DNA of 63,445 nucleotides, the filler included, from Chiloscyllium plagiosum (taxonomy: Eukaryota): the NCBI RefSeq assembly GCF_004010195.1. It is 3 parts of one record of this genome, joined end to end, with 100 filler letters (N's around TTAATTAATTAA, not from the genome) between each part and the next. Parts side by side here need not be neighbours in the genome. Positions count along the whole stretch, not along the records: positions 45,287 to 63,445 come from NC_057712.1; 2 more parts are not named here. One strand, given 5' to 3'. The notes beneath the pieces were generated by a model, which was given only the letters and a program-made list of their open reading frames with translations, did not search any database and was not told the DNA's origin. The position numbers and the translations under genes are program-made. Position 1 is the first letter of the stretch, and the number at the start of each line of letters is the position of its first letter. Shown piece after piece: positions 51,044 through 62,331 of the stretch.

Positions 51044-51637
51044 ACATGACTGTTTTGCCATGTATTTAGTTCCCTGAGTCCAAGGAAATTCTGTCAATGA
51101 CTTGTAAGTTTTTAATTCCATAACGTCTTTTAAAACTTTCTCATGACATTTTGTGATGTAAACGTAAAATATCTGAATGGTTTCTCATATTAATACTGTA
51201 TGTGGGTTTAACAGCTATCACAGTCAAGTGAATCACATTGTGCTAGTTTTCTTCCTGTGACTGTATACCTAGTGTTCATTTGATACTTACATTTTGAGAT
51301 AAAAGTAACAGTCCATTATTAGTATTCATCAATTTTCATCCCCCTATTTTTGGTAACTGTATCTTCAGCCCCCTGTATCGTAAACTCTGAAGGGCTTTTG
51401 CCCGAAACATTAGCTGTCCTACAGTCTCCAGCATCTATAGTCCTCACTTTTGCCTGCCTCTGAAGTTAAACCCAATCCTCAACATCTTTGTCTTTCTTGC
51501 CCTCTCTGTCTCTCTCTCTCTCCCTTAAAAGCCTACCTTAGTCACCCATCCTAATAGCACCTTACATAGCTCAGCTTTAAATCGTGTTTAATTGCACCTC
51601 TGATGCACTATTACATTAAAGATGCTATATATATGTC

Positions 51638-52493
51638 TTGGAGATGCCGGTGTTGGACTGGGGTGTATAAAGTTAAAAATCACACAACACCAGGTTATAG
51701 TCCAACAGGTTTAATTGGAAGCACTAGCTTTCGGAGCGCCGCTCCTTCATCAGGTGGTTGTGGAGGACAAAATTATCAGACACAGAATTTATAGCAAAAG
51801 TTTACAGTGTGATGTAACTGAAATTATACATTGAAATTGGTATGGACGAGTAGGACCGAAGGGTCTGTTCCCATGCTGTATACCTTAATTGTCTGTTGAG
51901 TCTTTCATCTGTTCGAATACCATGATAGTTTTACTTCTTTCATGTGTAAATCACAAAACCTTTTTTAAAAAGTTGCATTCTCAGGTTAACTGTAACAATT
52001 GGTGTTAGCTGGACAATATGTTGAAGGTGTTAGCCCCCTGTGTTCTCTGTCTATGCCATGATGTTTAGATTGATTCTAATCTAAAAAGTGAGATAACAGA
52101 GTTTTACATGAATTCATGCAGTTTTTGAGCAAAGTACAATGTAACTCCCAGTCGGGGAACACTTCAGTGGTCCAGGACATTTGACCTCGGACCTTCGGGT
52201 GACCATCCTCCAAGGCGGACTTTGGGACAGGCAGCAGAGGAAAGTGGCCGAGCAGAGGCTGATAGCTAAGTTCGGTACCCATAGGGAGGACCTCAACCAG
52301 GACCGACCTTGGGTTCATGTCACATTACACCTGACCACCATTGAACTATACACACACAGACACTCCTACACAGACACAGACACACACACAAAGACCCACA
52401 TGCACACATATATGTTTATGGGGTCAATTCGTACTTGCAGAGTTACATTGTACTTTGCTCAAAAACTTGCATGTATTCATGTAAAACTCCGTT
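51638..52493. mobile_element. PLE family B: minus-strand 3' terminus joined to an inverted GIY-YIG tail
   Basis: PVGEHFSGPGHLTSDLRVTILQGG...RKVAEQRLIAKFGTH on + (52148-52300); 52095-52147 is inverted relative to 52440-52491. Confidence 0.8.
51722..51756 (-). ncRNA. Intact minimal hammerhead ribozyme motif (family B)
   Basis: CAC-CUGAUGA-A-GGAGC-GGC-GCUCC-GAAAGCUA-GUG. Confidence 0.85.
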
Positions 52494-52612
52494 AGATAGG
52501 GGTAGATAGGATGTTATAACTGTGGGGCAGGCTTCCATTGAGTGAGCTGGAATTTAGGCAATTTTCTTTGTTGGTTGGGTGGGGAGTGGGAAGGGGATGA
52601 GCAGTTTTCCTC

Positions 52613-52930
52613 ATTACATTACATTACATTACATTACATTACATTACAGTGTGGAAACAGGCCCTTCAGCCCAATAAGTCCACACCGACCAACTGAAGCT
52701 CAACCCACCCATACCCCTTACCTAACACTATGGGCAATTTAGCATGGCCAATTCACCTGACCTGCACATCTTTGGTCTGTGGGAGGAAACCGGAGCACCC
52801 GGAGGAAACCCACGCAGACACTGGGAGAACGTGCAAACTCCACACAGTCAGTCGCCTGAGGCGGGAATTGAACCCGGGTCTCAGGCGCTGTGAGGCAGCA
52901 GTGCTAACCACTGTGCCACCATGCCACCCT
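52613..52930 (-). mobile_element. Young full-length HE1-type V-SINE with (TTACA)n tail
   Basis: Near-identical reverse complement of 50730-51043. Confidence 0.95.
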
Positions 52931-54308
52931 CCTGGCCCTTTAATTACCAACCCACTGATTCTGCCTTAACTTATCGTAACTGTTGTTTGATTCTCTGGAA
53001 ACACAATGAACTCTTTTATTTACCAACTCTTACACAACTACTGATCTCTGTATTACACCTCTCTGTTGCTTTTCCAGATTCTCTTAACACATGCATTCTT
53101 ATTGTACAACTTAGGCCAGTTAAAATGAAGAAATAGCTGGTGGGCGACCTGTAGCTAGATGCCCTGGGAACCTGGTGCTGTGTTCTCACCCTGACATGAC
53201 ATCTGTAAAATGGCTGGTTCTGCTTTGACACTGTTACAGTACTTCCATTCGAACGTCCGTGGGGTCCCTTTAAATACTGGAGTCACAACAAACTGATGTA
53301 GGTTGTCATGACATCCGCCCACTCTATTCTGTCAGGAAATCCAGATGTCAGATACAAATTGTAATGTTGCAGACAAATGCTTTGAGAAAATTTCAGCTTC
53401 CTGGCATGTTCTTGGCTTCTCCACCGCGGTAGGGTTAGCAATTAAAGTTCAGCTCCAAAGCCCCTCTTAACATTTATATAAGGAGTGCGACTCAATCAAG
53501 AAGCATGCTGTACTGGACAGTGTTTAGAAGTTTGATGTAATTGTTATCTTAAGACGTAAACGAGTGACTTAAAGTCCGGTGAAATGTCAAACAATAAACT
53601 TGCCAAGATTCGGACAGGCATGATTTAATTAGCTGCAAAGATAAAGGATTTTTTTTGAATGGAAAGAAAATTGTTCCCGGAGCAGCGAAAATCCAATGAT
53701 TGTTTACAAATATTTTTAGAAAATGCTTACAAAGATTGGGCCATCAGGAGGTACCTGCAATTGTAAACTCTGTCGGTGCCGTTATTCCAGCTATGTTTTG
53801 TGGTTTTCAATGTGTTAGTTCATTTGACATATACCAAAGAGAATCAGGCTTTTGTTGAGACAGGCGCTGTGCTGCTATTACAGCTTTTAGCACCTATTTT
53901 CTGCCATTAACTATTTCACACCACTAGATTTTAGTGTCTCTTTATTGCCACCATGACACAGCTTGTGATTTTCCGCATTTCAGTCCATATAAGATTTACC
54001 ACGAGGACTGGGTTCTTGTTGAGATGTTTGTTGTGAAGTTTTTTAAACCACGCTATTTACAAGTCTGCAAATCACAGACTTGCAAAAATAGTTTGCGTTC
54101 TGTGCTCACTGATGTTACTGTACTACAATAACCCCATGTGACAGAGAGAGTGACTGAAGTTTTTATACCAGAATGTGACATGTTGTGATGCCATATAACT
54201 GTGTCAAAGGTACATCTATGTTGTAATACAACGTACTCCATTTTCTATTGAGGGAGTGAGAATCCTTTTCCAATAATGTGTGCAAGCATGTGTATAAATA
54301 TATTGCCA

Positions 54309-54548
54309 CGATGTGGAGGTGACCCATGCTGGATTGGGGTGGACAAAGTCGGAGGTCACATGACACAAGGTTGTAGTCCAACAGGTTTATTTGAAATCAG
54401 AAGCTTTTGGGGCACTGCTCCTTCGTCAGGTGACATAACTACAGGGGCTACACAGACTTCTCCTGATGAAGGAGCAGCACTCCAAAAGCGTGTGATTTCA
54501 AATCAATCTGTTGGACTGCAACCTGGTGTTGTGCGACCTCTGACTTTA
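54309..54548. mobile_element. PLE family B fold-back mini-element
   Basis: Degraded hammerheads on both strands (about 54400-54430 minus, 54463-54490 plus); TSD aatatattg at 54297-54305 and 54551-54559. Confidence 0.8.
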
Positions 54549-55084
54549 CCAATATATTGTTCTCACTTGCTCAGTTAAAGCTTAGGTGGGTGCATGATAT
54601 GACCAGACCTAGTCCTTATACAGTCACCATGACTTGGTGATATATCTTTTCTCTGCAGTGGATGGATGGATATGTATCATTTACCGTAAATGTGTGGTTG
54701 TTGATTGGTATATCTTCACTATGTGAGCCATTCTCCTGGGTGATGGGGAATTGATTACATGCAGTTCGGATGTGTTCACCTGTGTCTTTGCAGGTCTTGA
54801 CCATCACTCATTACAATGACATATGACAAAGGCTGGGCACAAGAATTTAGTATCTTTTCACAAATCCTTGTGCTTGTGCACCACTCTCAAACTCGTATTC
54901 TTGCCCTGGGTCAGATATGTTAAAGTTTACCAACAGTACTAATTGCTAACGTGATACACTTTTTCCTTTGTTCATGAATTGTGAGTGTGGCTGAGCGGGC
55001 AGCATTTGCTGCCCATCCTAACTGATCCAGGAGAGGGTGGTGGTGAGCTATTGCAGCCCATGTGCTATAGGTGCACCGTCCATT

Positions 55085-55432
55085 TCATAGAATTATAGAA
55101 TCCCTACCGTGTAGAAGCAGCCCAAGTCCACACCCACCCTCCAAAGAGTAACCCACCCAGACCCATTCCCCTACCCTAGTACTCTACATTTACCCCTAAC
55201 TAATGCACCTAGCTTGCACATCCCTGAACACAACGGGCAATTTAACACGGCCAATTCACCAAACCTGCACTTCCTTGGATTGTGGGAGGAAACCGGAACA
55301 TCCGGAGGAAACCCACGCAGACACAGGGAGAACATACAAACTCCACACAGACAGTCACTCAAGGCTGGAATCAAACCTGGGTTCCTAGCATGGTGAAACA
55401 GCAGAGCTAACCACTGAGCCACCATGCCACCC
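55085..55432 (-). mobile_element. HE1-type V-SINE
   Basis: Reverse-strand head, V domain and tail; inserted in a minus-strand LINE (about 54970-56530). Confidence 0.85.
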
Positions 55433-55742
55433 TATTGTTGGGAAGAAATTCCAGGATTTTGTCCCAGTGATAGTGAGGGAATCACGATATATTTCCAAGT
55501 CAGAATGCTAGGTGACTTGCAAGGAAACTTGTAGGTGGTGATGTTTCCATGGCATCTGTTACTCTTTTTGTTCTAGATGGTAGAGGTCACAGATTTGGAA
55601 GGTGTTGCTGAAGGAGAACTGCTGAGTTACTGCAGTGGATCTTGTAGATGTACAGATGGTTGCCTCTGTGTAGCACTGGGGGCAGGAGTGAATATTGAAC
55701 GTGGTGGATCCGATGCCAGTCAGGTGGGCTGCTTTGCCCTTA

Positions 55743-56040
55743 GCATGGCATGATGGCTCAGTGATTAACACCGCTGCCTCACAGTGCCAATAACCTGGGT
55801 TTGATTCTATCAACTGTCTATGTTGCAAGTTCTCCCTGTGTCTGTATGGATTTCCTCCAGGTGCTCTGGTTTCCTCCCAAAGATGTGCAAGCTGGGTGGA
55901 TTGAACATAGTAACGACACCCATGGTGTCCAGGCTGGATGGATTAGACATGGGGATTGCAGGGTTACAGGGGTAGGAGAGTGGTTTGGTGTGGACTTGAT
56001 GGGTTGAATGGCCTGCTTCCACACTGTAGGGATTCTGTAA
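55743..56040 (+). mobile_element. HE1-type V-SINE (older)
   Basis: GATGGCTCAGTG head and cctgcttccacactgtagggatt tail. Confidence 0.8.
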
Positions 56041-57244
56041 TTCCAGGATGGTGTCAAGCTTTTTGAATCTTGATGGAGCTGCATTCATCCTGGCAAATGT
56101 GGAGCAACCCACCATGCTCCTGAGCTGTAGATGGTGCACAGGCTTTGAAGAGAAAGGAGGTGAGCTACTTATGATAGAATTCCTAACCTATCACCTGCTC
56201 TTGTAGCTTCAATACTTATATGGTTAGTCCAATCCAGTTTCTGGTCAATGGTAATCCCAGAATGTCAATAGTGGTGGATTCAATGATCATAATGCCATTA
56301 AATGTCAAGTAGAAATTGTTAGATTTTTTTTGTTGAAGGTGGTCATTGCCTGGCAATTCTGTAGCGTAAATGTTACTTGCTAATAATCAGCTCATGCCTG
56401 GATATCTTGTTGCATGTGAACACAGACTGAGTCAGTATCTGAAGGGTCACAAATGAGTTTAACATTGTGCAGACATCAGTGAACCTCCCCACTTCTGACC
56501 TTATGATGGAGGAAGGCCACTTGTGAAGATATCAATCAGTTTTGACAGGTTTGACGGATTAGTGAATTAAATCCCAAAATGATGTGACTCGGTAGGTGAG
56601 TGCAGCTACCTGACTAGACTGTGTTCTTTGTGCGTCTCTGGGCAGCAAGTTTAAGACAGATTTAATATTATTAATTCACAGATATTATCAAATTTTGTCT
56701 ATAAATTAACATTTAAAATGACATTTTAGAACATTGCAAAATTAGATTATATTTGTAATTAAGTATCGTGCATTCTATGTTAAAGCCAGTGATGAATGTT
56801 TTTCAAAATCTTAATTACCAAAGGAGATATGTTTTGTATATATTATGTTATATGAGTAAGAGATTTGGGAGCGTCCATTTTTGACACGAGCTGTCTCAGG
56901 GCAGACCAGCGTTGCAGCCAGGGGAACCTGAAGTAAGCTGTAGGCCTATTTTCTTATGCAAAACAAGTACCACATGCTTCAGGCTTAGACAACAGAAATC
57001 CTTACCTTGTTTAGCTGTAGTCAATATTGCACACATGCATGGTTGAAATGCATGCATTTTCCTGGCTGCCCTTTTGGAGCCCTTAGCAGCCCGAGATACT
57101 TGGTGGTTGGGGGTATAAGGGTTGCAGATTTATTTTCCTGTCCCTTTTGACTTAAAGTATGTGATTTATATATATATTAATGTAATTTATTTTAGTGCTT
57201 GGATTTTGAACTAGTGGCATGCGGGTTTTAAGACATGAGGTGAT

Positions 57245-57540
57245 AAAAAATAGGAACAGGAGTAAGTCCCTCAGCCTCTTGAGCCTGTTCTGCCTTCAAT
57301 AGGACGATGGCTGATCCAAGATTCCTCATGTCTGCTTTCCTGCTCTTTCACCATAACTCCTGATTCCTAGGCTAATTAACAATCTGTCTCAGCCTTAAAG
57401 ATATACAAGGACTCTTCCCTCACAGCTCTTTGTGGCAAGGAGTTCCAAACGACTCTCAACTTTCTGAGAGAAGAAATTCCTCCCCATTTCAGTTTTTAAT
57501 TGGTATCGCTTAATTCTGAGACTATGCCCTCTGGTCCTGG
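57245..57540 (-). mobile_element. CR1 3' end
   Basis: taggaacaggagtaagtcc terminus and minus-strand RNFFSQKV peptide. Confidence 0.75.
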
Positions 57541-57868
57541 AGGTGAAACTAGCTGTTTCATGCTGCTATAATGTAACAGCCACATTTAGCTGCCAAGCTA
57601 AAACCACGTTTTGCCCAATCACACAACTAATTGAACAGATCAATGAATTTCAGAGCAGATTATAATACTAGATATTTAGCATATATGTGCCAAAGCCTGG
57701 GAACAGCATACCCCTTTGTTTGCAATAGGCAACGTACTGACTGGATTCAAACAGCCAATGATTGCAAAAAGTATAAATATTTTGGCCAGCAGCAACTTGA
57801 TTCTATGGTTCAATAACACTTGTTGAACAACCTTAAGAATTATGCTAACAACTAATTTAAGGTTGTCA

Positions 57869-58076
57869 GGAGAAAATAAGTATTACAGATGCTGGAGATC
57901 AGAGTCAAAAAGTATGGTGCTGGAAAAGCACAGTCAATCAGACAGCATCCAAGGGACAGGAGAGTCAACATTTCTGCATTCCCGAAGAAGAGCTTATGCT
58001 CAAAATGCCAACTCCCCTGCTCTTTGGATGCTGCCAGACTGACTTTACTTTTCCAGCACCACATGTTTTGGCTCGG
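57869..58076. mobile_element. Old PLE family A fold-back mini-element
   Basis: Inverted arms; 15-bp TSD aatttaag(g/a)ttgtca at 57854-57868 and 58077-58091. Confidence 0.8.
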
Positions 58077-59329
58077 AATTTAAGATTGTCACTCAGGCTT
58101 GCAACACAGCTGCCTTGCCTATTTTGATGCTGCACACATTAATACACAGCCCCCTGTTCTTTATAGGCAGAAAAAATGTATATAAATGGTCTGAATCCAC
58201 TGATACTTGATCCCACTATTTCCCGGGGTTATTACAAAGTTGAATATTTAATCAAAATGCTACCAGTATACCTGTCTGATGGTCTCAGGTTAACAGAAAA
58301 TGCTGACTAGGTTTCTGTACTTAACAAGAAACAACTATTTATTACAAATAAATTTATTGTCATCATAGAAAAAGGAAATATGAATTATCAACTCATAACT
58401 CTGCTAGTTAAATTCCACCTACGTCCTAACCTATTGTACATGAATACATAAAGGTGCAGACAACCAAACATAGATAACTGGGGAAACACAGTTCATAGCA
58501 TGAATCCACGGGATTTTTTGAGATGTCTCTTTGATTCTTCCAAGGTCTCTGATTTCCTTATTTCCAATTATTCCAGATTTTTTTGCTGAAGACATGGGTC
58601 AGTCAACACATTAATTGTTCAGTCTTCCAGTCACTAGACAGAGGCAGCAGCTTATATCAAATGGTGAGAGAGATTAGCTAGCTCTGCCCATTTACCAACC
58701 TATTATCAGAGTTTGGTTAGTTCACTGCAGAGAAGGGAGAAAGAGGTGCTGTCTCTTGCAATCTGGAGATATTCAGTCTCTGTACTGGTCACATAAACTC
58801 TGTCCACCTGCCAACCTATCATCAGGATGTGCTCATTCAGTATATAAAAGTACTGTTCCCCTTTACATTGCTATTCCTGATGAGTGCAAAACAAAAGGCT
58901 TCTGAAAGGTCTAACTTTTCCAGTACTTAAGTTCAAGATTACCAACATCTATGAAGCAATTTGTTGTCACTTGTTAAACTTTACTTCTTAGAGAGGTTGA
59001 TGCATGTTACAACAGCTGTTTCAGGAAAGGGGAACTGTTTTGTAGAAAATAATCTTGTTTTACTTTTCACCCATTAGTAACATGGAAGTTTTTGCACAAG
59101 AAATGGCAGAGACAACAGACTTGAAAATATCATTGGAAGCTGAAAATAACAGCATCTTGTCTTTACTCGTTCCATGCACTTCTTTCACTTCTTTTCTTGA
59201 CTGCTTCCATTCCCTTTGGCACTGAAAGATCTTTGTTTGTCATTATCTCCAGTGCTCCTTGCTCAAATTCTTTACAGCTTTTCTCTGTTCTAATGAAACA
59301 TCACCAATCTGAAGATGTAACTGTCTGCG

Positions 59330-59797
59330 AGTTTTGAGAAGATTTGTAGCTCAGGTTGAGGTTCTGGATGTAGGTTTTCTCGCTGAGCTTGACGGTTTGT
59401 TTTCAGATATTTCATCACCATACGAGGTAACATCTTCAGTGAGCCTCCGAATGAAGTACCGATGGTGTAACCTGCTTTCTATTTATATGTTTGAGTTTCC
59501 TTGGGTTGGTGATGCCATTTCCTGTGGTGATATCATTTCCTATGCTGACATAATTTCCTGTTCTTTTTCTCAGTGGTGGTAAATGGGATTCAAGTCAATG
59601 TGTTTGTTGATAGAGTTCCAGTTGGAATGCCATACTCCTAGGAATTCTTGTGCATGTCTCTATTTGGCTTGTCCTAGGATGGATGTGTTGTCCCAATCGA
59701 AGTGGTGTTCTTCCTCATCTGTACATAAGAATACAAGTGAGAGGAAATGATGTCACCACAGGAAATGACTACCAACCCAAGAAAACTCAAACATACA
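59330..59797 (-). mobile_element. PLE family C 3' end with inverted partial copy
   Basis: HHFDWDNTSILGQAK*RHAQEFLGVWHSNWNSINKHIDLNPIY; hammerhead UCA-CUGAAGA-U-GUUACC-UCGUAU-GGUGAU-GAAAUAUC-UGA (59403-59442); 59742-59795 is inverted relative to 59486-59541. Confidence 0.8.
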
Positions 59798-60327
59798 GGT
59801 GACTGACTGTGTGGAGTTTGCACATTCNNNNNNNNNNNNNNNNNNNNNNNNNNNNNNNNNNNNNNNNNNNNNNNNNNNNNNNNNNNNNNNNNNNNNNNNN
59901 NNNNNNNNNNNNNNNNNNNNNNNNNNNNNNNNNNNNNNNNNNNNNNNNNNNNNNNNNNNNNNNNNNNNNNNNNNNNNNNNNNNNNNNNNNNNNNNNNNNN
60001 NNNNNNNNNNNNNNNNNNNNNNNNNNNNNNNNNNNNNNNNNNNNNNNNNNNNNNNNNNNNNNNNNNNNNNNNNNNNNNNNNNNNNNNNNNNNNNNNNNNN
60101 NNNNNNNNNNNNNNNNNNNNNNNNNNNNNNNNNNNNNNNNNNNNNNNNNNNNNNNNNNNNNNNNNNNNNNNNNNNNNNNNNNNNNNNNNNNNNNNNNNNN
60201 NNNNNNNNNNNNNNNNNNNNNNNNNNNNNNNNNNNNNNNNNNNNNNNNNNNNNNNNNNNNNNNNNNNNNNNNNNNNNNNNNNNNNNNNNNNNNNNNNNNN
60301 NNNNNNNNNNNNNNNNNNNNNNNNNNN

Positions 60328-61640
60328 GATAGACATTAGACGATGGACGACAGACGACAGACGACAGACGACAGACGACAGACGATAGGCGATAGGCGAT
60401 AGGCGATAGGCGATAGGCGATAGACGATAGACGATAGACGATACGCGATAGGCGACGGACGACGGACGACGGACGACGGACGACGGACGACGGACGACGG
60501 ACGACGGACGACGGACGACAGACGACAGACGACAGGCGACAGGCGATAGGCGATAGGCGATAGGCGATAGGCGATAGGCGATAGGCGATAGACGATACGC
60601 GATAGGCGATAGGCGATAGACGATAGACGATACACGATAGACGATAGGCGATAGGCGATAGACGATAGACGACAGACGACAGACGACAGACCATAGGCGA
60701 TAGACGATAGACGATAGGCGATAGACGATAGGCGATAGACGATAGACGATAGACGATAGACGATAGACATTAGACGATAGACGATAGACGATGGACGATG
60801 GACGATGGACGATAGACGATAGACGATAGACGATACGCGATAGACGATAGACGATAGACGACAGACGACAGACGACAGACGATAGATGATAGGCGATAGA
60901 CGATAAACGATAGACATTAGACGATGGACGATGGACGATAGACGATAGACAATAGACGATGGACGATGGACGATAGACGATAGACGATAGACGATAGACG
61001 ATAGACATTAGACGATGGACATTAGACGATGGACGATAGACATTAGACGATAGGCGATAGGCCATAGGCGATAGACGATGGACGATGGACGATGGACGAT
61101 AGGGCTATAGACGATAGACGATAGACAATAGGCGATAGGCGATAGACGATAGACGATAGACGATAGACGATGCGATGGACATTAGACGATGGACGATAGA
61201 CATTAGACGATAGGCGATAGGCCATAGGCGATAGACGATGGACGATGGACGATGGACGATAGGGCTATAGACGATAGACGATAGACAATAGGCGATAGGC
61301 GATAGACGATAGACGATAGACGATAGATGATAGACATTAGACGATGGACGATGGACGATGGACGATAGGCGATAGGCGATAGACAATGGACGATGGACGA
61401 TGGACGATGGACAATGGACGATAGACGATAGACATTCGACGATGGATGACGGACGATGGACGATAGACGATAGACGATTATCGATAGACATTAGACGATA
61501 GACGATGGACGATGGACGATGGATGATGGACGATAGACGATAGACGATAGACGATAGACGATAGACGATAGACGATAGACGATAGACATTAGACATTAGA
61601 CATTAGACATTAGACATTAGACATTAGACGATAGACAATA
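60328..61640. repeat. CpG-rich heptamer array (TAGACGA and variants)
   Basis: Units TAGACGA/TAGGCGA/TGGACGA/CAGACGA/CGGACGA/TAGACAT, bounded on the left by an N gap. Confidence 0.95.
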
Positions 61641-62126
61641 GGTGCAGGAGTAGGCCATTCTGCCCTTTCAAGCCTGCACCACCATTCAATATGATCATGG
61701 CTGATCATCTTTAATCAGTATCCTGTTCCTGCCTTATCTCCATAACCCTTGATTCCACTATTCTTGACAGCTCTATCCAACTCTTTCTTAAATGAATCCA
61801 GAGACTAGGCTTCCACTGCCCTCTGGGGCAGAGCATTCCACACAGCCACCACTCTCTGGGTGAAGAAGTTTCTCCTCATCTCTGTCCTAAATGGTCTACC
61901 CCGTATTTTTAAGCTGTGTCCTCTGGTTCGGCACTCACCCATCAGCAGAAACATGTTTCCTGCCTCCAGAGTGTCCAATCGTTTAATAATCTTGTATGTC
62001 TCAATCAGATCCCCTCTCAGTCTTCTAAACTCAAGGGTATACAAGCCCAGTTGCTCCAGTCTTTCAGCGTAAGTTAGTCCCGCCATTCCAGGAATTGACC
62101 TCGTGAACCTATGCTGCACTCCCTCA

Positions 62127-62331
62127 TTAGGAGAAAGTGAGGACTGCAGATGCTGGAGATCAGAGCTGAAAAATGTGTTGCTGGAAAAGCGCAGCAGGTC
62201 AGGCAGCATCCAAGGCGCAGGAGAATTGACGTTTCGGGCTTCCTGAAGAAGGGCTTATGCCTGAAACGTCGATTCTCCTGCGCCTTGGATGCTGCCTGAC
62301 CTGCTGCGCTTTTCCAGCAGCACATTTTTCA
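62127..62331. mobile_element. PLE family A fold-back mini-element inside the CR1 RT
   Basis: Inverted arms; 11-bp TSD GCACTCCCTCA at 62116-62126 and 62332-62342. Confidence 0.9.
62239..62275 (+). ncRNA. Intact-core minimal hammerhead ribozyme motif (family A)
   Basis: CUGAAGA-A-GGGC-UUAU-GCCU-GAAACGUC-GAUUC. Confidence 0.75.

Noticed and set aside
57006..57014. Possible 9-nt minus-strand microexon (cag|CTAAACAAG|gtaagg) with nearby TGCATG motifs
   Set aside because: No polypyrimidine tract and no linked exons; compatible with chance.
58874..58910. CUGAUGAGUGC hammerhead-like start
   Set aside because: Stem II and GAAA cannot be formed convincingly; at best a decayed fifth family.
59674..61596. 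SSIVYRL-repeat ORFs
   Set aside because: Translation of the heptamer array plus an N gap.
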